The position numbers and the translations under genes were made by a program. Below the pieces are notes generated by a model, which worked only from the letters and a program-made list of their open reading frames with translations, was not told where the DNA came from and made no database searches. A stretch of 56,719 nucleotides of DNA, counting the filler, from Sphacelaria rigidula (taxonomy: Eukaryota), in the NCBI GenBank assembly GCA_964200075.2. It is 5 parts of 5 records of this genome, joined end to end, with 100 filler letters (N's around TTAATTAATTAA, not from the genome) between each part and the next. Parts side by side here need not be neighbours in the genome. Positions count along the whole stretch, not along the records: positions 11,368 to 22,632 come from CAXNAA020005146.1; positions 22,733 to 33,995 come from CAXNAA020005147.1; 3 more parts are not named here. One strand, written 5' to 3'. This document shows positions 13,157 to 25,179 of this stretch, one piece after another; position 1 is the stretch's first letter, and each line of letters starts with the position of its first letter.

Positions 13157-15126
13157 CCCCCCCATTATCTGGGTGTCAACGGTAAGCTTCAAGGACCATA
13201 CTCAGTGAACAGAGTTATCCACCAAAAAAGAACTCTTCCGCTCACGGCGTATTCAACAGGTGTATCCTTTCATGGAATGATTTTCATCAACAATCGCAAA
13301 AACCCCGTAATATCCCGAAACTCCTTCACTTGTTCCAACAACTATAAGACCTGCCAAGGATCAATACCTCGATATCTTTCTTTCCACACCAAGACAAAAA
13401 TAACAGGGATGCATGAGCTGTGTGTTCACCACACTGTAGCTCCTGATGGTCAATCCAGGCAAAACGTAAGTCAAATTCTCCAACTGTACTAGCTCATGCT
13501 CCTTTCAATAGCGTGGGTGGTCGTATCTATCATTTGAGTAACCTGCACTACGCATGGGAGACCAAGCTCCTAGATAATATATGAACCCACACAGTATAGC
13601 GGACAATTTTTGAAACTCGGATCACATGTTCCAAAAATCCACTACACAGTCAGTCAGTTGCCTACAGTACAAGAATTAAATTTCAAAATTCAAGTTCAGT
13701 AATCCACACTACAGTAGTGCCTACGTTATCAAGCCAAACTAGACACTCACTACTCAATCTACTTGACCCCTTACTTCCCCTCGGCGACCGGCGGAGCAAA
13801 TCAGCTCAACGCCTCCAGACAAAAACACACGATCAGCATCAGCCCCCCCCCCCAATTTTTGCTATCAATGTCTCCCCCCCCCGCTTTTAGGCCACGGGGA
13901 AGGAGTGCTGCATTCATCATCATCTTTCTCCCATAGCGGGGATATTTGCAGCGAGGGGCTGATTTTGATCCTGGTCGGTCACCACCCTCCAAAAACATTC
14001 GTCATGTCGTGCTTGTCTCAGCCGTACAGACAGCACCTGTGTCGGACAAAATGGTTTTTGGAGGCTCAGCATCTCACACATCGTGCAGACCCGAGGGGGA
14101 TGGGCAGTGGGACAACAGAAAGGAAAAATATTAATATCCATGTTACTCGGGCGCGTCAATCACCGACTGATGAACATACTTCTGTTACCACGTACTGTAC
14201 TGTGGTGTCGCATTACGGCATCCACGAGCGCACACCCACACACCACACCCGGATTCAGCACAATCATCATTTCAACTGTTTACTTCTTGTTCACATATCA
14301 CACTCGGATCAAACAGCAGTTCGGTCGCCAGTACCTGGGTGCATGAAGCAGTACACTTTTACCTTGACATGCCGTGCCAACATATGTAAACCCGTATGGA
14401 TTTCGCCTGGCCAGCAATTTCGAGCAACGACCAGCTCCCATATGTGTGATACGGTGCATCCTTCTTTTAGTATGCAGTGCACATGCACCGCATCTCGCAC
14501 ATAATGTCAGCTCTATCTCTCAGCCATCGAATATGGGTCATATGCGTTCTGCTGATCTGTAGCACAGGAATTTCACTTGTACCCACAATCATTCTTCCGA
14601 AATTATCATGATCAGGTCAAGCGGCTAGTATTGCGCTACTTAGTCCTTGCTCCTACCATAATAACGACGTCTTATCAACCAATCCAGTCAAGAAACCGAT
14701 GCCTCGCGAATCCTGCACCTCTCGGAATAAGAACAACTTTTTTCACTCAGATGTCGAGTTTCGGAACCCACCTCAAATTTGTGGTCTCAACCATCATTCA
14801 TCCGCATACCCCTCTGGGGAACTTTTTACCGACATCACCCTCTAGTCTAGTCAGACCATGGTGCCCCATGTGCCTGTACTCACCAAGGCGACGAACAAGG
14901 TTCCACCTCAACCAATCGAGTAAGGATGCGGTGCCCCACAGTCCTGCGCTCATCGGGGTGGCAACAATGTTATACATAGGCGTTGAGTTTCGACATCCAT
15001 GTAAAAACATGTCCTCAACATACTCACACTTACAAAAACGGCAGACGATCTTCTATTCATCAATCGAGTCAAACAAGCGCGCAAAATCAAGTCCGCACTC
15101 ATTGAGACAGAAACATTCGTCAAACA

Positions 15127-15875
15127 TCAACACTGAGTTTCGGTCTCCATATAAAAATATGGTCTCAGCATCGTCCAGAGATGTCCAACATCTCGATCCA
15201 CCTGGGCATCAACCTTTCCTTTGGTACATGAATTCACGCCCATCAGGTTTCGAATCCCCCGTATTTCCTGAGGTCCCTTGTAAATTCCTTTTTCGACTGC
15301 CCTTGCCACTATTCGCGGGGGTCTTGGCCAGTTTCCTGTGTCATACGGAAATATTTCCCGTCTGTCACGTGAGGCGTTTATGAAAACTGCGGCACTGACT
15401 TGTGTCAGAGAATCATCATCACGGAATAACGGCCAATTTTCCTCCCTATAGTCAAACTTCTCATCTACACGAAAATAGTTTTTCACGCTGACGCAAGGGT
15501 AGGACGCCGGGGACCCCTCGTTTATACTTACTTGGGCTGATCCATCGCCCACGGATCCTTGGACGGATCCTTGGAGAGGGTCTGATCCAGTCCCTTCTCC
15601 ATGTGGTAACCGGACCCTTCCTGTTCCGGCACCGGCGACGGTGTGCCTCCAGTCGCCTGACTCTCCCTCCCCGTCCGCTGCCGCTCCAGGGCCAGCGGAC
15701 GATGTCCCGCGCACTAATTGGGACATCATCCTCAGCTCCGCCAGCTTCTCGGTAATTCCCGTCACCGTTCCTTGCAAGCTGGGGACATTCCCCTTCACAT
15801 CTGATAAATCCGTCAGAGACGACGTGTCTCCAATGACGGCTGAGTGCCTCTCCATGGTGCTCCAGTCTGCCATCG
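15127..15875 (-). pseudogene. gag-like ORF remnant of the LTR element
   Basis: The ORF starts just after the PBS (MADWSTMERH...) with a coiled-coil-like segment (LQGTVTGITEKLAELRMM), then a Gly/Ser-rich linker. A possible decayed zinc knuckle (CARCGACALH) lies near 14450-14500. Confidence 0.5.
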
Positions 15876-15919
15876 GTCCCTCGGCCACAAAGCTCCCAAG
15901 TTGGGTAGAGGCTCCAGAG

Positions 15920-16239
15920 TGTTCGAGTGTTTGTAGCTTCGTGACCCCGTGAGAGGATGGGGTGCAGACTCGACTGAGATAGTCGATCAATGGACACGGC
16001 TGACTGCCGATCAAGATGAGGCAGAAATGTATATGAAGCTTTGTTGGATGAAGAGGGAAAAAGGGAGAGTGACCCCAGTAGGGGCCAAGATCTGAAGATG
16101 CGGCAAGCACCACTCACGCATGTCCGGCCACTAACATCACGATATACTACCCGGAACTCAAACAGGTATGTCACTAGGCTATTGTACCTTATCCTGACAA
16201 GGTGTATCTTACTGACTACCCGAGGCCATCCTAGGAACA
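15920..16239 (-). repeat. 5' LTR
   Basis: Differs from the other LTR by one 15-bp indel and about 4 substitutions, counted by eye. Confidence 0.95.
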
Positions 16240-17157
16240 TACAGTGCCTATTCAAACGTATGTGCGTAACGCTTTACATGACGTCAGCCTGATCCTTTGC
16301 ACACTTCTGAGCTGTCAGTACCTACCTCGAGGCATTGTGTATCGTGAACTACCTACGTACCACTACCCTGCGAATCTCGGTATGCCAAATATTTCAACAC
16401 CTGTTCCGGAGTGGCGCTTTCCTGTGGCACCTCCCGAACGTTGGCGCACAAGGCGATCAAACACGTTCACCACTGTACTCTTGCCTCTCTGCCCTACCTA
16501 AGCCGCTCTCGCTTCTGCAAAGCCAGTTAGCCCCTTAATCAGCAAAACCCCATCCAAAGGCTCATTCCCTGCAAGCCTCGCTAGCGGTCTCATGAATGCC
16601 GCCCGTTGCTTTCATTATTGAAGAGTGTCTATTCTTTCGTTCTTCATGTGATCACCTCTGGCTGTGAACGCCGTAAGCTGGGTAACCTTGATGCTTTGCA
16701 ACAGATGTTTGCCAGTAGTTGCCCTCTGGGCTCCTCACGGGTTATCTCATCGGAATTCGCACGGGACAGGACGGGACACAAATGCCCACAATGCTGACAA
16801 CATCTGTAGGTACCATCGTTATGCCCCAGGCGCACTCGGCACACCCTCGGTGCGCAATCTGGTGGCCTGATCGCTACAGTATGCAGGCCTTGAAATACGT
16901 TCGTCCTATCAGCTTCCTCGAGAAGACTGAGCAACGTAGTCAAACTCGCCACGTTCGTGCCCGTCCCCATCACCTAGAGCACTTTCGGAGACACTTCCAA
17001 CAGCTACGCCTAGCTTACATTCCACTCATGTCTACCTTCTTTTGAAATCAGGCTCCCCCGTGGCCATGTCTCATTGCGCACACAGAGAGCAACATGTGCA
17101 CGCTCTCGAGTGTTGATCTGACACAAACAAACGTCTCGTCACTTGCCACTACCGCGA

Positions 17158-17580
17158 TCACCTTTTCCATTCACGAATACTTTTCTCGATCGTGGGTACC
17201 ACTCCGCTATAACGTCGACACCGGATAGCTCGCGCTTGATACTCATCGATGCCCTGCAGGACCCCTCCTACCATAAAAACCGGCGGGAAACAAGAGCCGA
17301 AGCCTCTGTTGCCAGAGCCCGGTTCGAAGGGTAAATTTTGCACCAAAAGGTCTTTTGCTACCGCCCCCGGGGGCAGGCATATCGCGACAAGAAAACTGCT
17401 GCCTGCCCCTGGTTTCTCGCTGGGGATTCGTTGTGCCGACGCATTAGTTACCATTAAGTCGGCATCAAATGACCCCACAACCTCCCACAAATTCGCGAAA
17501 ATCTCCGACCCCAGCCGCACGAATTCGTCCCGGTTCGTTCTGGTAATGGCGCCCGCCTCGGCCTTCTCTTCTACCGGCAC
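17158..17580 (-). pseudogene. DIRS-associated DNA N6-adenine methyltransferase-like (MT) domain
   Basis: ITRTNRDEFVRL..EIFANLWEVVGSFDADLMVTNASAQ...GAVAKDLLVQNL...GSCFPPVFMVGGVLQ contains the D.DL.A...N and FPP motifs of the DIRS MT domain, immediately after RNase H. Confidence 0.7.
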
Positions 17581-17619
17581 TCATTGCAAGCGCAGTCAGA
17601 GACCTTCACTCTTGTGCAG

Positions 17620-17945
17620 GTTATCCAAAGCTAGCAGAAGCGAGCGTATGCGTAACGGATTTTCGCGATCGGCCCGTTGCAAAACAATCCGGTACAGAAT
17701 AGTTGTCCACATCGGCTAGCACCTGCGCTCGTCGTAGCTGCTGCCCGGGCGACCTTCTGCAGAATTCGAGCAGCAATGCTTGAAGTGCGAAGGGTTCTTT
17801 AGCGTTGACATGCGCCGGCACATACACCGATGAGAATTCTCCGCCTGCTTGAAACAAGTCTCCCTTAACACGCAACATCCCCCCCCATGCCGTTGACGAC
17901 ACATCGGTAGCCGCTCGCGTAATCGACAATGCATAGTGCTTCACG
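17620..17945 (-). pseudogene. DIRS-type RNase H
   Basis: ATDVSSTAWGG...HVNAKEPFALQALL...QVLADVDNYSVPDCFATGRSR matches the TDAS..GWG / HIN..E..A / DN..V / G.SR pattern. Confidence 0.85.
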
Positions 17946-18149
17946 GAATACCATGGACGCTCTGCGAATGCTCCGTGACTACCAATCTGAGCTCGTTCTC
18001 AACCCAGAGCCCGCTACGTTTCTAGATGAGAATATCTGTGAACCACGTTCCCCTTACCCTCTTATCTGGAGTCCTTGCACTCTTGAAATGAAGTACGTCC
18101 ATGAGGACGCCGACCGTGCCGTACCCTCCATGCTTATGCATTTACCCGC

Positions 18150-19150
18150 TATCGTCTCCAGTGTGGCCTCGTTAACATGTCCTCGCGACATATCCCCCCC
18201 TTGTTGACGCACTGGGCTAGTCTCAACTTATCCTGTGGCATTCGATTCACTGTCGCAGAATATCCCAATAAATCGTTACACCCGCCTCGGGACCAAATCG
18301 AACTTGCCGTACTCAAGTAAAACCCCGCTAGAAATGATTCCGACACTACCAGCGCTAGTACTGCAGGAGCTGCTTGCCACTGCAGCCGGCCGGGCTGTGC
18401 CCTTGTGACCTACTGTCCCGTCAACCATGCATAATCAATGCAAGCAGCCGCGGCGATTCCTCTGGCCCTCATGACACTTTTCCTACGCCTTGGCACCTTT
18501 TGGTCGATGCACGTGGTCTAGCTCCATCCGAATCGCGTTACCGGGCAGAATATATTCCTGAAAGATCAACTCCAATGAAGGGTCACGAATCTTGGTGTGG
18601 CGAAGCGTCGTGAAAATCGCACTCGTCATCTATAGTGAACCTTGGAAAGGCGCATGCCTGCAGTGTTCATTTATTTGGCCTAGCACCATGTACAAAACGC
18701 GGCTTGGTTAGCTCGACGCTCAATGGTTGAATTATTTTGAGTCCCGGCGTCCCACCCGGCGCCCCACCCGGACCTTCTATTTCTTCCCAGGGCACGAGGC
18801 ATCCCCTCGTGATGAAGTCGGCAACCTCACCTGCTACAAACCCGGCATACTCCGCCGGGAATCGGTCGAGAATAACTCATCCCTGGGAATGTTTTCCTCG
18901 AAAGGAGCGTTGAACTGAATTCACTTTTGCGCTGTCATTCACCACTTCATATACGCGAACTCCGGGTGTTATTCATTGTCAAATCTCGTGACTTTCAGGA
19001 TGTCCCGTGAGCAACACGCTGTCTCAAATATCAGCGTGATACCGGGGTGCTCCCCGCACAAAGTTGTTGCCATCGTGAAAGGGGAGTACCTTTCTCCCCT
19101 TTTGTCCAGACTATTCGTATTTGTCGGAGCAGAGGAATTCACACGTTAGT
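18150..19150 (-). pseudogene. Reverse transcriptase of the DIRS-like element (degenerate)
   Basis: Fragments FVAGEVADFITRGCLVPWEEI...IIQPLSVELTKPRFVHGARP, TIDDECDFHDASPHQDS*PFIGV and FLAGFYLSTA...PQDKLRL resemble DIRS-type RT motifs. Many stops and frameshifts. Confidence 0.8.
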
Positions 19151-22100
19151 GTCCCGAATACGCAGCATCCTGCGCTGATTGTTTTTCCTCTTTCAGGAAT
19201 TCTGGTCGTGGGGCCTTGATGATGCCCATGGCACTGTGTCTGCCTTCAATTTTATCCACCATTTCTACACCAACCTATCGGTATCAGGATGGCATATGGC
19301 GTGTGCAGTTATTGTTATTTGTTTCTATGCTGTGCACACAAATGGCGAAACGATGCCGCCAGCGGTTGCAGTCTCGTCCCAGTTTTTCACGGACGAGTTC
19401 AGCAACCTCCAGCCCCCGGCGCAACTCCAGGCGCTGTACCGGTTGGTACCGGGTAACTGAAATCAACAAAACTTGTGCCCAGATCCAAAAGGCGACCGGG
19501 GCCGCTGAGCTGCCTTGATACCCAAGCTTTGTTTTTTTTCTTCAATTATTATTCAATAATCGAATATTTGTCGAGCTGTGGCAGTGACTGAACCCACCAC
19601 CATAAAAATTACAAACGTGCAGAATCTACCATCATCTCGACGTACACCGCACCTCTGAACCTACCGTTGCATGAGGAACGAAGCAATCAAACCGGCCCGA
19701 TTCAACTCGTAGTGATACACAGTATGTACATATTCTTGGCAATGAACATACGCCCACCGTTCATGCCCTCGCTGTGCTGCATTCAAACCAGCCGCCATGC
19801 CAGTGGTACTCTACATGAATCTCTGCAAGATACCATAGATACCCGAACCGCGACCGCTGGCACCCCCGCCACTACCGCCACGCACTTTCATCCACCGCCG
19901 GTCTCGTAAACCCAACCTCAACATGCTGCAGTATCATACATACACCAATCGCAAGCCCCGGCCGGCAAACTCCACCGCCAGCCGGTGAAGCAAGCATGAA
20001 TACACCGCAATATGCCAAGCATGCACCAGCACACCCGCCACTATCTCAACGCACTCTCGTCCACAGCCGATGTCGGAAAACTCCTCTCGAACATCCTGCA
20101 GTAGCATGCATACACAAGCTGCGAACCCCGACCAGCGAACTGTTTCTCACCGCCGACCCGTGAAGCATACATGAATACACCGCAATATATCACGTATAGA
20201 CAAAATACCTGCGCGTAACCACACGCACCCCCGCTTCTACCGCCATCCCGGCAAACGCGCGTGAACATCGCTCCCTCCACAAGGCCTGCAGCCGCCGGCC
20301 CGCTCGGCATACATAACTCGCACACGCGTGCAGACTCTAGAAGATTTTATGCACACACATGACGTACGCGGCCAACCGCACCCTCGTGTCTTCTGCCAGC
20401 CCTGCAAGCGTACGGGAACACCGCCTCCTCCACTCGGCCTACCGTCTCTTTGCTAACCAACACCACGGGTTATCCTATCGCCACTCGCGCTAAGCGTGTT
20501 GCCCGCTGTTGCTCAGTCCGGCACCGCCATTCTCCTGCAGTTAGCTTGAGATGTGCCCCAACCTACTCGCCCTTGTCACAAACGATCCACCTACAAGTCT
20601 CGAAGGTGTGCTGGAAGGGGCGTGCTATGCAATTGATAAGAAGCTCCTCAGGCTCCTTAGCGGCCATATTGTGATCACGCTGCAACCAGCTTGATGAAGG
20701 TGCCGCTCTGGGATGAGGTAGTATTGGGTCTGCCTGCGCCTTTGCTCTTAGCAACGCGATGCTCGAATCCCGCCAGCCGAACTTCCCTTCGACAGGGCGC
20801 ACGACTGGCAGTATTCGCTCGATCGCGCTGAAGCACCGCAATAATTGCGTACACGCCCAGCTACCAAAACACGGCATGGGGCGCTGGCCGGTGACGCGTG
20901 TCCGACTTCTCCTTTGACGCGGAATATCGTGGCTGTGACGCAACAGCACGCAAACAAGATTTTATACCGCTCCGTTAAGCATACGCTCTGCTGCACGCTT
21001 GCAAGTACACAAACAGATGTACACGACTGACCGCAGTACATTGCATTAGTTTTCTTGTGCTGGGTGAATAGGTAATGATTCCTCTCTCGCGCGCACGCCG
21101 CCGCTACGCGCGTTATTGCACTACTTTTACTTTTACCTACGCCGGGTGAATAAGCCATGATTGCTCCCTCTCGCGACCCGCCACGATGAGTGCCAGGGCG
21201 TTACAGCTGGGCGAACGCACAAACCTTCGTAAATCATCGTGCGAAGCTTTGCGATCGGGATGCACTGTACCCCCGCATGAAGCAATCCATGGTTCACCGC
21301 TGCACTTGGAATAAGGTCATTGTTTATTGCACTCCTCCGCCACTGCTGCACATGATACCGCTAATGCATAGTGGGCACAAGTCACCGCTATTAGGCAAAC
21401 GCTGCTGAGGCACAAGCCCTGACATATGCACAATATCGATTGGAAAACAACCGTGTCGCTATGTATTCGGCGCATCAACTCCACCGCACAAAGTCATTAC
21501 CCCGCATGAGTAGACCTCGCTCCCGCATATCATACACTCACCGGCTGAATATAATGAGCCCTTGAAAGGGCCTTGAAAGGGGAAAACTGCATGCTTGAAA
21601 GTGGTGTGATGTGCCCCTCATCGGGGCATGATCGCCCTTTGCGCATACCCGCGGGCAATTTCGGACGTTCTAACAGAAAAATTACAACATGTAACCGTAC
21701 CATTTTAGCACAACCCGCTTTGCACAGCGTGCATCGTTTTACTGCCTGCTAGGGCAACTGAACCAAGCAATTTGTGTCTCCAAAGCGGTACGATATACCC
21801 TCCATCGGTACATTATCGTCATTTTGGCATCGTGCTGCTTGCTACCACACAATTACAGCACAATCTGCATTTTGCTGCCCGTGACAGCACTTGACGCACG
21901 CAATCTCAGCTCTCACGACATAAGCATGCTATGCCTAGATACCCCGTGGAGAGCTCAGTGCAACCTCAATAAAAATTTAGTACCGTACTTCCCCTCGCTG
22001 ATTTGCTGGAAGCGCCCCACCGCGATTGAACTGCCGACAAAACTCACCTCATTCGGCAACTGCTGCCGGCGGAGATCCGTTTAACAATGCATCAGCGTCC

Positions 22101-22524
22101 ACAGATCATGTGACATCCTTTTCCCCTGTTTGCCGTTGCGCTTTTTTTTGCCTGCATGCTGGTCAAGATCCATCTCCCCTTCACTATCTTGCTCTCGCTG
22201 CTCAACATGCGCCCTTTTTCCCTGCTCCGCACTTACTCCCTGCTCCGCAGTGAGAGACACCCGCTCGTCCGTCTGGCTGCGCTCTGATGCCGCGGTTCCC
22301 ACCGGACCACTTTCTGTCTCCCCGGGAAGGACATCATATTCCACCGCCTCTGCCGTAAGAATTCTGAGGTGCTCTAGGCACGCTGCAAGTACGGAGCCCG
22401 TCCTTTCTTGGCAGCCGACAATCCTGCGATTGTCCGCTGACGCATCACGCCTGGCTGCCGCTTCTTCTCGCGCGTGGTGCCAGACGGCTTAAACGTCGCC
22501 TTCCCCCCCCCCTAGCCCGCATCG

Positions 22525-22632
22525 ATGGTGAGACACCCATGAGGCAGTGTATAAGCTGTGGCTGTCTCGGGAAGTGGCGATACCAAAAAATAAAGCAACT
22601 CATTGTAGGCTGTCATCCAAATGCGAGATAAT
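22525..22632 (-). repeat. Dispersed repeat family fragment abutting the gap
   Basis: ggtgagacacccatgaggcagtgtataagctgtggctgtctcgggaagtggcgatacc...aagcaactcattgtaggctgtcatcc matches the family. Confidence 0.8.
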
Positions 22633-25179
22633 NNNNNNNNNNNNNNNNNNNNNNNNNNNNNNNNNNNNNNNNNNNNTTAATTAATTAANNNNNNNNNNNN
22701 NNNNNNNNNNNNNNNNNNNNNNNNNNNNNNNNCTTGCCGTCTTTATATGGAGGCGAGTTCAATTGTCTCGACACATTGGGCTGCAGGATCCAGAGTTCCC
22801 CCCCCCCCCGACACACGTCATAGCCCTATGACCACATCCCCTTCGCCTTTATAAGCCGTCGCCCGTCCAGCCGGGTGATGACAACATGGAGAGGGTTCAA
22901 CTCTCCTGCGAACCAATCTACACTCCACGTCACTTCGCCGGTCTCCTCCAGCTGCTCAAATTCTCTCGTGAAGCGGGCGCAAGGAACGTTACCCCGGAGG
23001 GCAACATTCCGGGTACGGCCGGACAGACGCCAACCTGCGGGTCTACAGTGACAATTATGATTTCATCAGACAATCGCCAAACGTAAATAGTTGCTACAGT
23101 AAAGATGGCCTTGATGAACGCGAAAGCACTTTCGAAATGCTCCTTCCCTCAACCGCTTGTACATTGGCTGTGAAATCCGAAATTCACTCCAGCGTATTCG
23201 ACAACGCGACTCGCAAGCCGGACCAAGGGTAGCAGGCGCCATTACTATGGTGTCGTTGTTACTGACGTTACACGATTCTTTGCGCTCACCGGTGAAAACA
23301 AGGCTGGGTTTTACACGCAAGCCACCTACAGTCGAGGACTGGTCTGTGGGGCGCACTGGCCGTCGCTACAGAGAACTCGAAATAGGTGAGATGCATAGCC
23401 CTTCGGTTACTGTTGCCAGGAGAGCTTCGAGAACCTCGATGCTACCTTTGTCGCAAGCTGTTGCAATGTAGGCAAAGATTCTGACACCAGCGTTCCATCA
23501 TCCAATCTGTCACAAGGTGGGACGATGCAACAACACGCGCAATCGGGTTGAAGCACCAACGCAGCTATAGTGAGTCATAGAAGTTCAGATGGGGTATAAG
23601 GCGCACACAGCAGCTGTGGGTGTAGAAAAAAGCTTGCGGCGCGTTCCACAGACTTCCCCACTCTCACGTCACGGTAGTACAAGGAGAGTACCCGCGCTCA
23701 GCATTGACGTGGTGCCTTGGTACAAAACGACTGAAAAAGTCGGCAGACTGAGGGGATGCTTCCCTGATGATCATTCAGATGATAACTGCCCCCCCTTCCC
23801 TCCTCCCCTCCCATTGTGTTTTAGAGCGGTTGGCAACCAGAATATGCACCCTCGCCGTTTCCCTCAATGACACAGTGCAGCGTTCAGCCACGCAGACTAT
23901 ACCCCAGCATTGCTACAGCATCAGGAAGAGATACGACTAAAGAGCATGACGGGAGCTTCGTGGTTCGGGTGCACGCCCGTGTGTGTACTATACGTGTGCC
24001 TTGCTCCGTGTACGTGTGTACTGATGTGTAGCAGAGAGCTGGTGACACCCCAGTCGTTTTTATTTGTTTTTTCGTGCTACTTTCAACTCCTCTCCTTTGT
24101 CGGGACGAGTCTGTCATCTCAAGGGATCAACCCATCTCTCCCCTGGTACATACCTTACATGTTGGTAGCGTGTACTGGATCGGCATTCCCGCACACCATG
24201 GACTCTCGTCAAAACAATTGTTTCCTTCACGACTCACGCCCCCACCTCACGCTCTCCCGTCTCCAACGACGTAAATCGCATACCCTTGAAAAGCCCTCCA
24301 AACGCATCTACTTGGAATTGAGTCCCCTTTTTCTCGACCTAACGATGAAATTGTCCCATTAAACCACCGGGGTGCAGCGGCAGAAAAATGAGCCATGCAC
24401 TGCAAGCAACTCTGCGGCCACTCCCAACCACCAAGCTACATGTACGCCCGCCTTAATTGCGTGGTACATTCGAAAGACACACACATATATATATATATAT
24501 ATATACTCCCTCTGTCTCATAAGTCCATGCAGTTATGGAAGTTTAATCGTTTGGGTATTTCAACGCTGACGATCATCCTACAGTTGGGTTCGCTGGAGAC
24601 ATAACGCGCAGACGAAACTGACAAAAAAAAAAAAAAAGAGGAGAAAAACCTTGTTGTCAATACTAAAATGATGTCAAAGTATACCCCATTTTGGCCCTTT
24701 TTGGTCCATTTTTACCCCAACGTTGACCGATTTTGGACGTGTTTACGTCGAGCACTAGCAATCACATGCTGAAAGTTTGTTAGATGGGGCGTGCGTAGGT
24801 TAACGTCACGGAGATATCCAAATCAATGGTGGTTTCGCGGTTTTCACATTTGTTTCACGACTTTTCGCGATTTCCAGGTCTCCTATGCTTTACCGAAAAA
24901 AAAAGTGAAAAATGACCATATTTTGACCGACCTACTTTTTCCCGGCCGCGAGGCTGCACGGGTCAAGCACCCAGGTTGCAAAGAGGGTGTTGTTTTAGCT
25001 GAAAACACGTCAACGAATGCAAACAAAAAATCGAAAATCGAATTGGACATGGTCGAGGGCTAGTACAACCATAACTGCATAGACTTATGCGACAGAGGAA
25101 GTATATGGATTGCACCGACTGGATAGCCCGTCGTTCTGGTCCGGTCTACAAGGAAACTAGAGATGGTTCCCAATCCATA

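Larger units (their letters stand above)
12822..16239 (-). mobile_element. Non-autonomous LTR retrotransposon (3418 bp) with 5-bp TSD TACAG
   Basis: Direct repeats at 12822-13156 (335 bp) and 15920-16239 (320 bp) both run TGTTCG...GAACA. TACAG lies at 12817-12821 and 16240-16244. A PPT (AGATAATGGGGGGG on -) abuts 13157, and a PBS-like TGGAGCCTCTACCC lies 3 nt inside the 5' LTR. Confidence 0.95.
11966..16900 (-). pseudogene. Tyrosine recombinase (YR) of the DIRS-like element, interrupted by the LTR insertion at 12822-16239
   Basis: The N-terminal Cys cluster C..VRLGHNDGTYRCCQHCG is at ~16780-16870. After the insertion come GNSVKSA...VEQLQAGVTANKAVP, RDMALYIVALRTARRGEE (catalytic R box), TICSLRVGAA (decayed HxxR box) and WNSRRMARKYLG (catalytic Y). 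Confidence 0.8.
11368..22520 (-). mobile_element. Decayed DIRS-like tyrosine-recombinase retrotransposon (ORF1/gag, RT, RNase H, MT, YR). Ends not resolved
   Basis: Frameshifted fragments lie on the - strand in the canonical DIRS order (see sub-features). A charged ORF1-like fragment is at 22081-22490. Confidence 0.85.

Noticed and set aside
14577-15383. 268-aa + strand ORF inside the LTR element
   Set aside because: Antisense to the element orientation set by the PBS and PPT, with no recognisable motifs.
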